NCBI RefSeq assembly: GCF_006345805.1
Contig: NC_042998.1
Span: forward strand, 59,954,001-60,018,000
Direction of reading: 5' to 3'
Length of the DNA: 64,000 bases
From: Octopus sinensis
Taxonomy: Eukaryota
Shown: piece after piece, positions 40,450 to 54,010 of the stretch
Layout: every line of letters starts with the position of its first letter
Position numbering within the stretch: the first letter of the stretch is position 1
Position numbers and translations under genes: made by a program
The notes under the pieces: generated by a model
The model's input: only the letters and a program-made list of their open reading frames with translations
Database searches by the model: none
Told to the model about the DNA's origin: nothing

Positions 40450-41717
40450 CACTGGCATTTGTCCTGCTACCCAGACTAATGGTGCCGTACTAAACCAAAT
40501 CTCATACGCTGATTCCGAATCTCAACTCAGAATTGCTGTAGCACGTCAGGATTTTTAATTATGTGTATAATTACATAGTAATACTATATTAGAATGAGGA
40601 ATAGTTAAGTGCAACGTAAATAATTATTATAATGGTATATTAGTACTGTATATATTAAACATACGTTCAAGGCAAATATTATTATAATATAATGGTATAT
40701 ATTTATGTTAAGGGAATACTCACTCTATGTTTGATATGCTCAGCTCAGAAATGTTTGAGACACTTGTTCTTGCGCTCATGCATTGTGTTGGTCATCCGTT
40801 GTAGGAACCAGCAGTAGTCACCCATCATGTGTGGATTGAACCGGTTGCGATACCTCGTTTCCATCTCAGATATGTCCTGGTGGAGCATCTCATCACGCTC
40901 ATCGCTAAGGACACCAAGAATGGTCGGAAAAAATCGAGATGAAATTGCAAGAAGTGCATTTTCAGGGACATTGGGCATCCCGTTCTTTCATACGTTGTTA
41001 GCATGTTGCTTATTAAATCAGCATAGTTTTCAACTCTATGATTTCCAAGAAAGTTCTGTACAACTAACACTAATGAATCCTGTACCGTCAGCTCAATTGA
41101 ATTCAGTTTATCTCTGAATTTGCTATGAGATATCAATTGTCTGATCTTGGGTAACAATTAAAATGCCTGCGTCACTTATCTTGGTCCCCAAATTCACACC
41201 CGAAATAATAATATACAGGCAATTTTTAATTTAGTAGCAATGTTCTTCCGCTGGTCACGCGGAGAAAATTTTCCACAGACATAACAAAAGTTGTCTGGGT
41301 GAGTCACGCAGCCTCACCTATTCATGATCTAACACAATGAACACAGTTAAAACAGAAATCACGCAGAGCGAGAGATAAACATCCACACGTGACTGCAGCG
41401 CAACCGACACTGAGAATTACCAAGAACAAACTGACGTATTTGGTATTGCATACGTCAGTGTTGCTAAACTAAATAATGAACTTTCTCATCGTTTGTTTTA
41501 TTGCTGTTATTTCTTTAATTTTGAAGTAAGACCGCTCTCATTTTAGCAAATTTTACAATACAGCCTATATCTAGCGAAAACTATAGTTATAATTTTGTGC
41601 ATGCGTATAGTTCAAAGTTCCCGACGTGCTAAAACAAATCGGATTTGGAATCAGCACCCTCGATTTAATCTAAAACACCTGATTTGACCCTAGTAGCAAA
41701 ATCTTTGTTGTCCAGTA
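40450..41717 (-). mobile_element. Internally deleted Chapaev3-like (CMC) DNA transposon
   Basis: Transposase C-terminus MSLKMHFLQFHLDFF / LGVLSDERDEMLHQDISEMETRYRNRFNPHMMGDYCWFL; termini CACTGG...CCAGTA (last base mutated); diverged subterminal IR GCTGATTCC(A/G)AATC; 3-bp TAA on both flanks. Family name is from recall. Confidence 0.7.
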
Positions 41718-41934
41718 TAATACATTTTATATTTTGTTTGCGACTGAAATTCCTTTTATCTATACCTGTGGTTCCCAACCGAGGTCCATATGGCCCTTGG
41801 GGTGTCCACATAAGATTTACGTGCAATAAATCGGTCATGCTTGTATAATACACAACATATTTTAAGAATGTCTTTATACAGTTCCTAATTATATTTCATT
41901 ATATAACTATACCTTTTTCCTTTAACCTTTAACT

Positions 41935-42119
41935 TGTTTTAGTCATTATACTGCGGCCTTGAATTTTTAATCGAATGAATCGACCCAAGTACTTATTTTT
42001 TAAAGCCTCGCACTTACTCTATCGGTTTCTTTTGCCGAATCGCTAAGTTACAGAGACGTTAACACAACACCGGTTTCAAGCGGTGAAAGGGGGGCACAAA
42101 GACACAAGGACGCACACAC

Positions 42120-42172
<53 letters not shown>

Positions 42173-42320
42173 CATACGACGAGCTTCTTTCAGTTTCCGT
42201 CTACCAAATCCACTCACAAGACTAAAGTGGAAGGCACTTGTCCATGGTCACACGTAGTAGTACTGAACCCGGAAACATGTGGTTGGGAAGCAAGCTTCAT
42301 TCCATACAGCCACGCCTGCG
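41935..42320 (-). mobile_element. SINE family B, decayed
   Basis: Reverse complement of family B including the internal (TA)n. Confidence 0.8.
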
Positions 42321-43366
42321 CCTATAACAGAATTTGTTTCAACATGGAATAACTATGTGTCCATCTGAGCAAAATACTGCTCAAAGGGGTCCATAGGAGG
42401 AAATGATTGAGAACGACTGATCTATACTTACTTCTATTGTTCCTCTCCCGCTTTATTTTTTTTTACCTTTATTTCCTTTGCCTTTTTCGCTTATATTTAA
42501 TTATTTTACTTGATCTATCTAGTTCTTAGAAGATTTTACCACATTCCACATTAATTTAAGACTATGCTGACACTCAAGTTTCAATTATTATTTTTATCTA
42601 ACTTGTTAATCGGGTGTATGTTTGTGTGTATATTTAAAAATTCCTACGAGAGTTAATATTCAAACGTACGAATGATATCGATGGAAAAGATTGGGAAGTG
42701 AAAAATTTGCTTTTTTTTTTATATATGTCCGTAAACAGGTTTTTGCACTTTTCCAATTAAGATGGAAGAGGTATATTTGAGGGTTCTCCACTCATATGTT
42801 TGTATTATTTTTAAAACGCCATCTTAATATTTAAAGATGTGTTATTTTATGAAGAGGTTGTGAGAATATGCGCAAACTTTCTAAGTAATTATTTTTAGAT
42901 GCCTGTTTGGTTATGCAAAGATTAACGTGCTTCCCTCGTAAAACGCTTTGGAGTGATTATATGATAGATAAATTACTGAAAGTGTTGGATTATGTATAAA
43001 GATTACCTGAGGCAGTTAGGCACCATAAAATATTATATGATAAGTTATTGCTTTTCAAATAATAATATACATTTCGAACTTGTATCAAATTCATTTACAC
43101 AAACCGGAACTATGATCTCTGATGATCTAATTTACCTTTAAATGGGTAAACCTACATACATGTATGTGGGGCGGGGCGTGTACTTAGATACAGGCAGCAC
43201 GTTGGAAAAACTACAGCAAACGGGTCTTCCGTATCAGTCTAAATAAGATATTGCATTTACATTATATTTAGATCGACCACATATTTGATAATACTAGTAG
43301 ATATATTTATGTGTATGCAATTGTGTATTTATTAGTCCAAATGTGTTAGTATGCATTTTGTTGATA

Positions 43367-44983
43367 CGAGGGGCGTTCAATAAGTAATGCCCCTGGCCCA
43401 CTCTCCATAGCAGTAGAGCAACGAAGCTTGGCACAGTTATTAGTCTTTTTCTACATAGGAACCACCCAGAGTTACGCATTTCTTCCATCGTTTGATGCAG
43501 CTCTGAAGACCATTTTTGTAGAAGACCCCAGCTTGGTCCTTCAACCACGACGTGACTTCAGAAATCAAGGCTGCATCATCTGGGAAACGCTTTCCTTTCA
43601 AAAACAACTTCATGGCTGGGAAGAGGTGAAAATCAGAGGGCGCAAGGTCAGGAGAGTAGGGGGAATGGGGGATGAGTTCATAGCCGCACGCCTGTGCTTC
43701 TGATCTGGCGACACACGAGTTGTGGATCGGAGCGTTGTCCTGCAAGAGGAGGATGCCTTTGCTGATCTTGCCCCGCCTCTTGATTTTGATAGCTTCTCTT
43801 AATTTCCTCAAAAGTGAAGCATAATAAGAGACCCCCTTCGGTCATGAGTGACCATGGGTTTGCACCTAGAGAGTTACCCTCTGAGGCACAAGTCTGGGCA
43901 AGGTTGTTTTATGGAAGACCAGTAGTCGCCCATGCATACCGGCCTCCCCTCTCCACGCCACCAGTGTTATCCAAGGGAAAGGCAAAGGTCGATACAGCTT
44001 GGCACCTGTGACGTCGCAACTCATTTCTACAGCTGAGTGAACTGGAGCAACGTGAAATAAAGTGTCTTGCTCAAGAACACAACACGCAGCCCGGTCCGGG
44101 ATTCGAGCTCACAACCTCACGATCGTAAGCTCGACGCTCTAACCACTAATAGACCCCCTGTAATTGTGACACCCTTTGCCAGGAAATCTGTCATCACTAC
44201 TCCGTCCTGGTCCCAGAAGACTGTGAGCATGACCTTGTCAGCGGAGGACTGCACCCTTGCCTTCTTTGGAGGAGGTGAGTCACGGTGCTTCCACTGCATT
44301 GACTGGGCTTTGGACTCTGGATCATAGTGATGAACCCAGGTTTCATCCTGTGTAATCAGTCTTTTGAAAAATTTTGACTCATCTTCTTGGCACATCTCCA
44401 AATTCATCCTCGAGCAATCGACACGTTCTTGCTTCTGGAAAGGTGTGAGCAACCTGGGAATCCATCTGGCAGACACCTTTTTCATATGCAAATGGTCATG
44501 AATAATAGTTTCCACAGACCCGGTACTAATATGACCTCATGGGCTATTTGGCGAATAGTTATGCGTCGATCTTCCAAAATGGCAGCCTCAACTTGACGGA
44601 CAGATGCCTCATCAATGGCAGAAGGGGGAGACCAGATATGGGAGCTGTTTCCACAGAGTTCCGACCATGTTTGAATTCACGATGCCAGCGTTTTACAAGG
44701 TCATATGATGGAGCATCATCACCATAAGTTACTTTCATTTCATCAAAAGTCTCCTGTGGTGTGCGTCCTTTCAAATACAAAAACCGAATCACTGCTCGAC
44801 ACTCAACAGGCTCCATTTCACACTTGACTCAGTTCAAACACCTGTAAATCAGAAACCACAATTAGTTTAGAGCTGTAATTTGCCACTTAATCTATAGAGA
44901 TATAAATAATTGCACATGCAAAATTTCAGCTAGATCAAACAACTGCAAGTGGGTCAGAGGCATTACTTATTGAACGCCCCTCG
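43367..44983 (-). mobile_element. Full-length but inactivated mariner (DD34D) transposon
   Basis: 25-bp exact TIR CGAGGGGCGTTCAATAAGTAATGCC with TA on both flanks; ORF pieces MEPVECRAVIRFL, WIPRLL, ITQDETW, QDNAPIH, YSPDLAPSDFHLF; ~1.3 kb once the SINE is removed. Confidence 0.97.
43837..44147 (-). mobile_element. tRNA-derived SINE (family C head, RTE-like tail) nested in the mariner ORF, slightly 5'-truncated
   Basis: Splits the transposase at ITG|YYASLL; AGACCCCC repeated at 43829-43836 and 44151-44158. Confidence 0.88.
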
Positions 44984-45851
44984 TAGGTAATTAATACGCA
45001 TGTTGGCTGAGTTGCGTGTGTAGGCTCCTGTAATATGATTTAGAGTACAATTCCTATACACTAAACATTAAAAGAAACATTAAAATTAACTATTTTTTGC
45101 CATACATGTGACACCTCTTTCTAGCCTTTCTAGGTATATATAGGAAACTATTTTAGCTATACCACTAAAGTAAAAAAAATTATAACGCACAAGCCTGCTA
45201 CAATGACTGAAGCCAATTGCTCATGTAGATTCAGTTGTATATATGTACAGGATAATGACTACAGCGGGTAAAGTAAATATCAAGTCATATGTATCGTAAA
45301 CGCTAAGTCAATGCACCGCGAACTCTAACATCGAAATACTCTGCAACTATGTAACTCAATATGCACGATAAGCCTGTACAGTGATGCATTATACAGTCTT
45401 CCAGTCGTCAGAGAATTTCGTTGTTCCACATACTCAAGCTCGTAAAAGAATAGAAGTGACTGTTAAATCGATACCCGAATTGTTCTTCTATTATACCAAA
45501 TAATGCTTTGAATGGTAACGTAGATAGGTGTGGTCGATCTAACATTAGGTTCCTCTACAGTAGCCTCCATCACACAGGATCCATTATATAAATATAACTG
45601 TGACTGTATAACTCCGTGTACTACAGATATGCGTGTGTGTGACAGAGGGAGAGAGCCATACTGCTATCCAGAAGATGGCAGGTAAGGCTATGTAAGTGCT
45701 ACGGGAGGACCGTAGTTAGACTCTCGTTTCGATAATAATTCGAGTGAGGAGCCTAATACGGATCTTCTGTGAGCATATATATGTCAAATAAAATGAGGCA
45801 ACAAAGCCAAGGCTGTGTGGAATTTATAGGAGATTTATAAAGAGAAAGTTA

Positions 45852-45899
45852 GTCTTACCGCTGTTTCTGCGATATTAGGGATATCCTTTCATCAGAGAC
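45852..45899 (-). ncRNA. Type-I hammerhead motif (solo pseudo-LTR remnant)
   Basis: Helix I GTCT/AGAC; CTGATGA; helix II GATAT/ATATC with mismatched base; GAAA; ACAGCGGT (one change from palindrome ACAGCTGT); predicted site GUA. Confidence 0.7.
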
Positions 45900-46068
45900 A
45901 ATATAAGAGAGTTAACTAGAGGGAAACACTACTGAGTTCAATATAAAGAGTTATTTTGGAAAAGGATGGATATAGGAAGTATAAAGAGGTATAAGAGAAT
46001 AAAAATTAAAATATATGTAAGATATCACAGTTGCAGTTCCATTATCCAAGGAAAGAGGTGTGTGAATA

Positions 46069-46127
<59 letters not shown>

Positions 46128-47115
46128 TCACACATACACACATACATACACATGTACACACGCACACCAGGAAGCAGAATGAAATAAATATGAACTTCCA
46201 TATGTAAAATATAGTGATAGTTCCACCAACACACACACAGTGTCGCTTATGTCTAAACTTATCGAGATAAGGAGACCACTGAATGGGTTTCAGTATAAGA
46301 TTATTCTTTAGCATGGTATTGAATATATTTTCGAACGGGAGAAATAATGTACATATGTATGTGTCCCTCCGTGTGTGTCAGCGTACTGCGAGAGCGCGAG
46401 TGTATATACTATTTGAGATCGTTTATGAAAATGCTTCCATGCTATAGAACTTGCACTATTTTTTGGTTTCGCATATATGCAAGAACACCTATTATGATAC
46501 TGTACTGTAGTTTAAAACTAGTGTAGTTAAACTCTAGATCATGTGAGTGTGTGTATGTGTGTATATCTGTGTGTGGGTACTCGTGGGCGTGTGCACCTGT
46601 GCATGTTGATATATGTGTGAGTGTGTGTATGTATATTGTTAGTGAGGTAGTCTTATATAAAAGTTTTTCTATTAAACTTATAACTGCATGTATTACAGGG
46701 ACATTTAAAGGTGGTTGATGGGAAAGCAATATAATATATATTGACATCTTGTGTTATCGCATTGCAAATCCGGAAAAATATTACGAACGAATGCCATGCA
46801 TCACTGCAGTTTGAAGAGGCAATTTGAGTATAAAATATTCATTATTTTCCTAATATGCATTTTCAGTTGATGAAACGTACGCATGATTATGTAACTACAT
46901 CTTTATACAAAAGTTTTTTGTTTTCTTTTGATTTTGATATATATTGTGCTTAACACCTAACTGTAGATTCCTAACAGATCATAGGCGGACAAAAACACGA
47001 GATTTTCGCATGGGTTCCCTATCCTAAATAAGGCATTACCCAATAGTTCTAATGCTGATCACTGGATAATTTAAATTTGAAATCTCTCAATATAAATAAT
47101 TATATAAATTCATAC

Positions 47116-47155
<40 letters not shown>

Positions 47156-47418
47156 TATATATAAACCTCGCAGCAGGAAACGCAGATGATGGCAGCAACA
47201 TGAAACATCCTCCTTCGCAAAGACCTCATATTTGAGGAGGATTGAAATAATGAAAGTGAAGCGAAGATAATGCCGCTGCCTCAGCATGCCCGCAACTCTC
47301 TGGCTGAAAAGTTTAAAAGAATAAAAGAATTAATATTTGTTTATATATGTAGATCTCACGCTGTTGCCCCAGTATTACCGTAGCCACATGGTTGAAACAA
47401 ATAAATGAATATCTTTAT

Positions 47419-47505
<87 letters not shown>

Positions 47506-48215
47506 TATACGATTTGATATTACACATAAAAAACATCTGACGTGTGAGAATTATATAGACGTCTCACTTTGTATTATATAATGTAATATTTCTTAACGCG
47601 CTAATTAACTGTCATAAGGGGTTATATTGATAATATCATATATTCGACACTAATAAAGAAAGTAGCATTTTAAAAAATATTTTATCTTGAAATATTTTAG
47701 TTTTGAAATTATTTTTTTGTTTAATGTTTTATTTTATTTTTTTTATTTAGTTTAATGAAGATGTTCAAATATTGTTTTCTTTAATTTGGATACTAATAAT
47801 ATTCGCATATTTTATTTTATTTGTTTAATTGCAATAACTTATAGTTGACGTGTTTCTTCTTTTATATGATGGCAATTTCTGTTGCTTTTTGTTTGGCATT
47901 TGCATAACTACTATAAAACACTTAATAGAAATTGAAAATTATTTAATTTCCCAATGGACAAATCCTTTTACAGAAGATATTAAATGAAGTAATAAGTAAT
48001 ATTGACTGTAAGACAATGGAAACGATTGTTCGTCCGGCAGTGAAAAAGGTAAATTGACCATCTTCAAAAGAAATCACCGCAAGGAAATCGACCTAAGCAC
48101 CGACAGAGTTGCTTGTTTAAGAGACTTGCTTGCTAACTCGATAGTTTCGGTTTCAATCCAAGTCGACCAATGCCATAAGAGGTAATTTGGTAAACGGTAA
48201 TTGTGTGAAAACCCG

Positions 48216-48257
<42 letters not shown>

Positions 48258-48540
48258 TATCAATAATAATAAAGTGTAAAATTAAGTAACTAATTAATAA
48301 TTTTACCAAGTAGTTCGGTATGTTAAAAGAACGATTATCGGTAAACCTATAAAAAAAAATTATAATCATGAGTATAATTATAAGTAGGCTTCAGCAAAAT
48401 TTGCTTCACAAATAACGAAATTTAGAAATAGCAGTTAAAACTAAACTATTTCACTACCTTAAGAAAATCTCCCAGACAGCAATACTCAACAACCCACGCA
48501 GGCAAAGAGAAAAAATAATGAATCTACCCGACTTTGATTA

Positions 48541-48623
48541 ACTGTATACGCGTTTCCGAGTTAGAGAGATATGAAAAATGTAAAATCATATTTCTACTCA
48601 CTCACTCTCCTCATCAGTACAGT
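48541..48623 (-). ncRNA. Type-I hammerhead motif, best-preserved canonical core in the window
   Basis: Helix I ACTGTA/TACAGT; CTGATGA; long helix II (AGAAATATGA/TCATATCTCT, GAG/CTC) with a G-G mismatch at its base; GAAA; palindrome ACGCGT; predicted site GUA at 48547. Confidence 0.8.
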
Positions 48624-49354
48624 AATTCAACATTTTAAATTTGAGACCACTGAAAAAATTAAACATACTTATCTGACCAGGCGACATCAGACAACATACA
48701 TCTAACGACCAGTACTTCCGAATTCAAACAGACGAATGAGATCTCGAATAAAATTATACACAAAAAACTGTAGTTTACTATCAGGGAGAAAATTATATTA
48801 TCAATAATAATAATTTACTGTAATGAAGAGAACAATAATAGAGTAGAAATATAATTTTACTACTTGGAAACATTATTAATTTTTAATTAATTACTTAATT
48901 TTACCCTTTATTATTTTTTCGGTTGAAAAAAAATCGTAAAAAATAGGGATTTTCATAGAAAAAAGCACCTTTTTTATGTAAATAATATTTGGTCTTAACA
49001 TGGTCCGATTTGAATTTTTTCTTCTTCGTAATGAAGAACAGGCCTTCTTCTATCATATGCTCAATTTTGGTCAACTTGCGCCGCAGGGTCTCTGAGGAGA
49101 TAGTGTTAGTTGAAGGCTACCAAACCTGCCCCCCCACCACACACACACAAACAACTTCAGTTTTATATATATAGATTCAGTTGTCACTTATCGTGATTGG
49201 GAGTGCTGCGTAGCACCTATGTTGCTTCAAATGAGAGTTTAAAAACCTCAAAGCTACGAAAGAGGACATTTTCATATACTCTGAGCGGAGATAACCTACC
49301 CATAGGTTTCACCTGGAATATTATCAGCTTGTCAGTAGTGACTACTCTGTCGCT

Positions 49355-49600
49355 GTATCTCTTATTACTTTTTCCCTTTGTGGAGCATAGGACCTCAATA
49401 GTTGTTTTCAACGTTTTGCGGTCATTGGCGTGTTTCTTGGCTGCTTCCCGTGGCAGTCCGGTGGCCCCGAGCTCGTCCAAAATGCTCCACTTCCATGTCT
49501 GGTTCGGGAGTCCTCGCTTTCTTTTCTCCCGCGTGTTCCAGTCAAGTGCTTGTCTACACCAGTGTTACCCAATCTGCACTTTCTTCCTGTTTCTCACTGG
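49355..49600 (-). mobile_element. RTE-clade LINE 3' end fragment
   Basis: RKRARGLPNQTWKWSI.DELGATGL..EAAKKHANDRK.LKTTIEVLCST. Confidence 0.65.
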
Positions 49601-49609
49601 CCTGTGGCA

Positions 49610-50500
49610 CAGTTCTTCCCAAAATATTTTACTTCCTTCTGCATCAGAACTCATTTCCTGATGTTGCCACCCTCTAATTCCTAAAAAAGACGCCTTCTAT
49701 TGCATTGCAACAGTTTATTCTGTTCAAAGCCTTTGTATCTAGCATCATATCTTTTCAGCTTGGCCTTCAACGTTGTCACCTTTTGTGATAATTCTTCAGG
49801 TACTGTTTGCTTCCCCCTTTTTTCTAACCTGCACTACCCATTCAATTTTCTGATTACTACCTCATTCTTGAGCTCTCCTCTCATTATCCTATTCAATTGC
49901 CCCAGTTCTTTCCTCGTCTTTTCCAACTTCATTCGCATTCCCCCAGCTTGTTTTTTTCTTTTCCTTTCCTTTCATTTCTTCAGTCTCCCACTTTGTATCC
50001 TGCTATGTCAGCTACTGCATTAGCAGCAGCTTTGATAAGCTGGTTTATTTCACTAATATTTTCTGTTCTAGTCAAGCTCAAAACGTCATTTGCTCTACCT
50101 GTGGTTCTCCTTACCTTCCCTCCGACTATATAATTGACATGTAGTAGTACTTCATTGTTCTCATCATACATTTTCCCTTGCAGTATTTCTAGAATCTACA
50201 CTTCGTCATTCAAGTCAGGTGCAGTATTCTCCATAGTGTAGAACATCTACACTATTTATTTCCTCGGCAATCTCAGGCACATAGTGATGTCCTTCCTTTT
50301 CATACTCTTCATCTCTCACCCCTTCATTACCTGGGCGGATGCTTCGAAAATTCTTTTTTCATCCCATATTCTCTTCATTTGTTTCTTGAAACCTCTTTTA
50401 TTCAATTACAATTTTCCTTACCGTTTTTTCCCATATCATTTGCTCCCTTTTGCACATTTGGCTTCGATTCTGGTCCTCATCAATCGCTTGATGAAGACCT
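49610..50500 (-). mobile_element. R4/Dong-type LINE N-terminal ORF fragment
   Basis: KRGFKKQMKRIWDEK, TENISEINQLIKAAANAVADIAG, EELSQKVTTLKAKLKRYDARYKGFEQNKL, PDAEGSKIFW. Confidence 0.65.
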
Positions 50501-50569
50501 GCTGGAAATTGATTAGACGCTCCTTACCTGCCGTTCGAGATACCTTCGCCGTTAGCGCAGTTATGATTA

Positions 50570-51160
50570 TTATAATCGCCGCCTTAGCGAAGGCGGGGTG
50601 TTGTTTTCAGTTTTGTTTGTATGTTTGTTTGACCGTGGACAAGATATCTCAAGAACCGCTTGATGGATTCGGGTGGAACTTTCAGGATGTTTCGCCTTGT
50701 GACTGGTACGAACTGATTAGATCTGGGGATCTGTTTTTTTTTTACCTATGCGGGCTAACATAGAGGTGACAAAACAAAACATGTGGGACATAAAACATAT
50801 ATGAAAAATAGAAATGCACTGATTTGATTTGGGTATCGATCCGGTACCGGACGAGGATTCTGGATTATTTGTTATATTTACTTTACATTACGTTCATTTT
50901 CAAGTCTTTCTCTGATTATCTCCCTTGAAAGCACGCTTATTGCTTTCCACGTAAGTTATGGAGGCGTTGCTGTTTCCAAAGTTTTATGTTCGTTTCTCTA
51001 TCTTTTTTCTTTACTTAATTTTTGAGAGCGGTCGGGTTCATTTTTAGTATTCTCATTTGTGAGAGCAGTCGAGTGTAATTCAGATATTCCCATTTCAAAA
51101 ATCATTTCCTGCTAATCGTTGAGAGGCCTTGGTTGAGGTTTACGCTCTCTGAGTATTTAT
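50570..51160 (+). mobile_element. Helentron-associated non-autonomous element (HINE/DINE-1-like)
   Basis: 5' palindrome CCGCCTTAGCGAAGGCGG, (GTTT)n tract, ACAAGATATCTCAAGAACCGCT...AACTTT block, 3' CCTTGGTTGAGGT.TACGCTCTCTGAGT. Confidence 0.65.
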
Positions 51161-51896
51161 GATTTATTTTGACATCACTCATTTACAGTTAGTATTTGTA
51201 AAGTTGTGCGATCACCAGTATTTTTACCGTAACACCAGCACTAAGTGGGTTGCTAACCAAAGCTCGCAGAGTCCACACCTACTCTCGTATACTCTGTTTA
51301 CCATTCTTGCTTCATTCATGCCGTTGCATGATACCTTGTATTTAACATTTTCGCCCATGAGGATTCTGGTGGTAAGGTGACACAACCACCGATATTTTTA
51401 TTGATACACCACCTCTCGCGGGGTTGCCGACCAACGCTAATCTGACACCCTCATCCTGTGAGACAGACTTAACCCCACCGGACGCCAACCTCTTATTGCC
51501 CAACGGTGACCTGAAGGTAGTTGTGGTTAAGCGTTATCTTATTCATCCCAGTTCGATTCGACACAACCGGATGATGTTTCATACCCAGGGCATATTTTTG
51601 TTAATATTAATATCATTTGCTTGTATTGATACACTCAGTGGTGGTTGTGGTAGTACTGTTCTAAACACTACTCCTCTCTTGGATTTATTGTATTCTTATT
51701 TTCAATCTTCTGGCTATTTTTGCTATTTCCTGTAGTCATGGTGGCTTCGGTGTTCATGCTTATCCTTCTATGATCGTTTTTACTGTTGTCGTGGTTGTTT
51801 CTGTCCTTGTAGTGACTGCCCTGGTGAGGTAGCTTCTGTCGTTATAGTTTAAAGTACTTCTATGACCTTATGATAATGATAATAATAATAATAATA

Positions 51897-51938
<42 letters not shown>

Positions 51939-52001
51939 AATATTATTATTAGTATTATTGTTGTTGTTATCATTAGTATTATTATTATTATTATTATCAT
52001 T

Positions 52002-52039
<38 letters not shown>

Positions 52040-52593
52040 GTGAGAGAGCAGTGCATGCCATCAAAGTGACACTGGGGTAAAATATACGAAGCCGAGTATA
52101 CCCATCATGACTACCCGTCTGATAAGGGTACACTACGCACGTGCATCACAACCATATGTGCACGACATGGTGATCTCGTATCAAGATAAACAGCGCATGA
52201 CCCTGCAGGTGGGGCTCAGTTAGAATTTTCTTCTAGTCGAGTAGCACATCCCACTCAAAAGGTCCCTGAATAAAGATTGTTTATGGATGTTGAACGAAAC
52301 AACAATGTTTCCAGAGGTGAATTATTCAAACCCCGAAGAATCCTTCTCAACCTATGGCTATGCTGCTCCCCCACTACTTCTGCTCATGATCAGAGATGCA
52401 CATATCGTCAGCCACGAAGGGACATGCTCAACTGGTTAAGGTGAAACAACTGACAAGCAAATCTGTGGTATTGAGCAGAATATTTGCTGTAGCCCATCTT
52501 TTATACCAAGACAAATCAATGTACATGATAACACTTCCAATCAGTTAAGATCAGAAGCCACGAGAGCCACTGTCTGGTACTGCATCAGAGCAT
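52040..52593 (-). mobile_element. ~556-bp element copy U4 (full length)
   Basis: Reverse complement of U1; (AAT)n on both sides. Confidence 0.88.
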
Positions 52594-52612
52594 TTTATTA
52601 TTATTATTATTT

Positions 52613-52765
52613 TATGTTTGACTTTTGCTTTACATTTGTACAAGTTGGCTCCAAGTCTCACCCATAGACCTCAAGAGACGAGTTGGAAGTTCATGTTTGT
52701 GTTATGCCTAGGGTGCCATATATTTGGTTTTGTACATAGTGTTGTTCTAGAGAATGTTTAAGAAT
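52613..52765 (-). mobile_element. Isolated Dong 3' UTR, same subfamily as 3382-3560
   Basis: Shares AGACCTCAAGAGAC...TGTTATGCCTAG.GTGCCATATATTT; (AAT)n on both sides. Confidence 0.8.
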
Positions 52766-52788
52766 CATTATTATTATTATTATTATTA

Positions 52789-52824
<36 letters not shown>

Positions 52825-53114
52825 TAGTCTTATTTTTATTGTTGTTATGGTCGTTGTTGGTTCTTGCCTTGTTTTTATTTACACGCCTGTCTATGGAGTT
52901 TCGCAAAAATTGGATTATTGTTTACGTGTCCGTCTGTAAGTTATTACTCCAGGTGTTAAGAAGTTTCCTGTTTGTTTGTCACATTTATTGAAAAAGGACA
53001 TTCTAAAAATATCTTTTTCGCTAGGCGACATTTAGCATAATATAAAAACTAGACATGCCCACTCAACATATAAATATATTTTCCCAGCCCACACACACGC
53101 ACGCAAACACTCAT

Positions 53115-53150
<36 letters not shown>

Positions 53151-53689
53151 ACACACACATACACACAGTATAGGTGAAAATATTAAGAGGAAAAAATATG
53201 AAGAGACAAGTGAACACTGAGAGAAGTGTTTACTGGAAGAGTCGAGTAGCAATAAGAAAACCAAAAACAACGTAGAGTTGTTCACATACACACAATCACA
53301 AACGTCATGTAATGCAGAAAGATCCTACACTTTAGCAAACCCCTCCTGGAGATGCATTTTTATATCGACTGTACTATACAAAACTCTCTTCGTTTTCAAG
53401 ATTTTCTCCAGCTGCGGGAAAGAGAAATTTCAAGCTATTACATCTGGAGAAAAAACAGGAAGAGTCCATTGCAGTGCTCAGTAATGAATGAACTGAAACA
53501 CACAGTTGTTGATGTATGGGAAATTATTTTAGCTCACGAACTATGTCAAACACGAGTAAGGAGAAAGTTGAAATACTTTAGTTTCACGAAAACAGGAGGT
53601 GGGCATTTGTGCACTCTGGGAATGTATGTTTGGTGTATTTATTATCATCGTCGTCGTCGTCGTCGTCATCATCATCACTATTATTACCG

Positions 53690-53977
53690 CCAAGGTCAAC
53701 TTTAACTTTCATCCTTTTGAGATCGATAAAATAAAATGCCATTGAAGTGCTGCTGTCAATACAATGACTATAGTGCACTTCCAAATTTCGACCCTTGGTG
53801 CCTAAATTAGAAACGATCGTTGTTATGATAATGTTTTTCCTTTGATATTATCCTCAACAACCTAGCCCTTTGTGGCCAATAAAAAGAAAGCATCATCATC
53901 ATCATCCTCATCATCATCATCATAATCATCATCATCATAATCATCATCATCAGCATCATCATCATCATCACCATCAC

Positions 53978-54010
<33 letters not shown>

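Noticed and set aside
51405-51450. CCTCTCGCGGGGTTGCCGACCAACGCTAA, with HDV-like L3, P4 and GCUAA
   Set aside because: P1 and P2 partners are absent.
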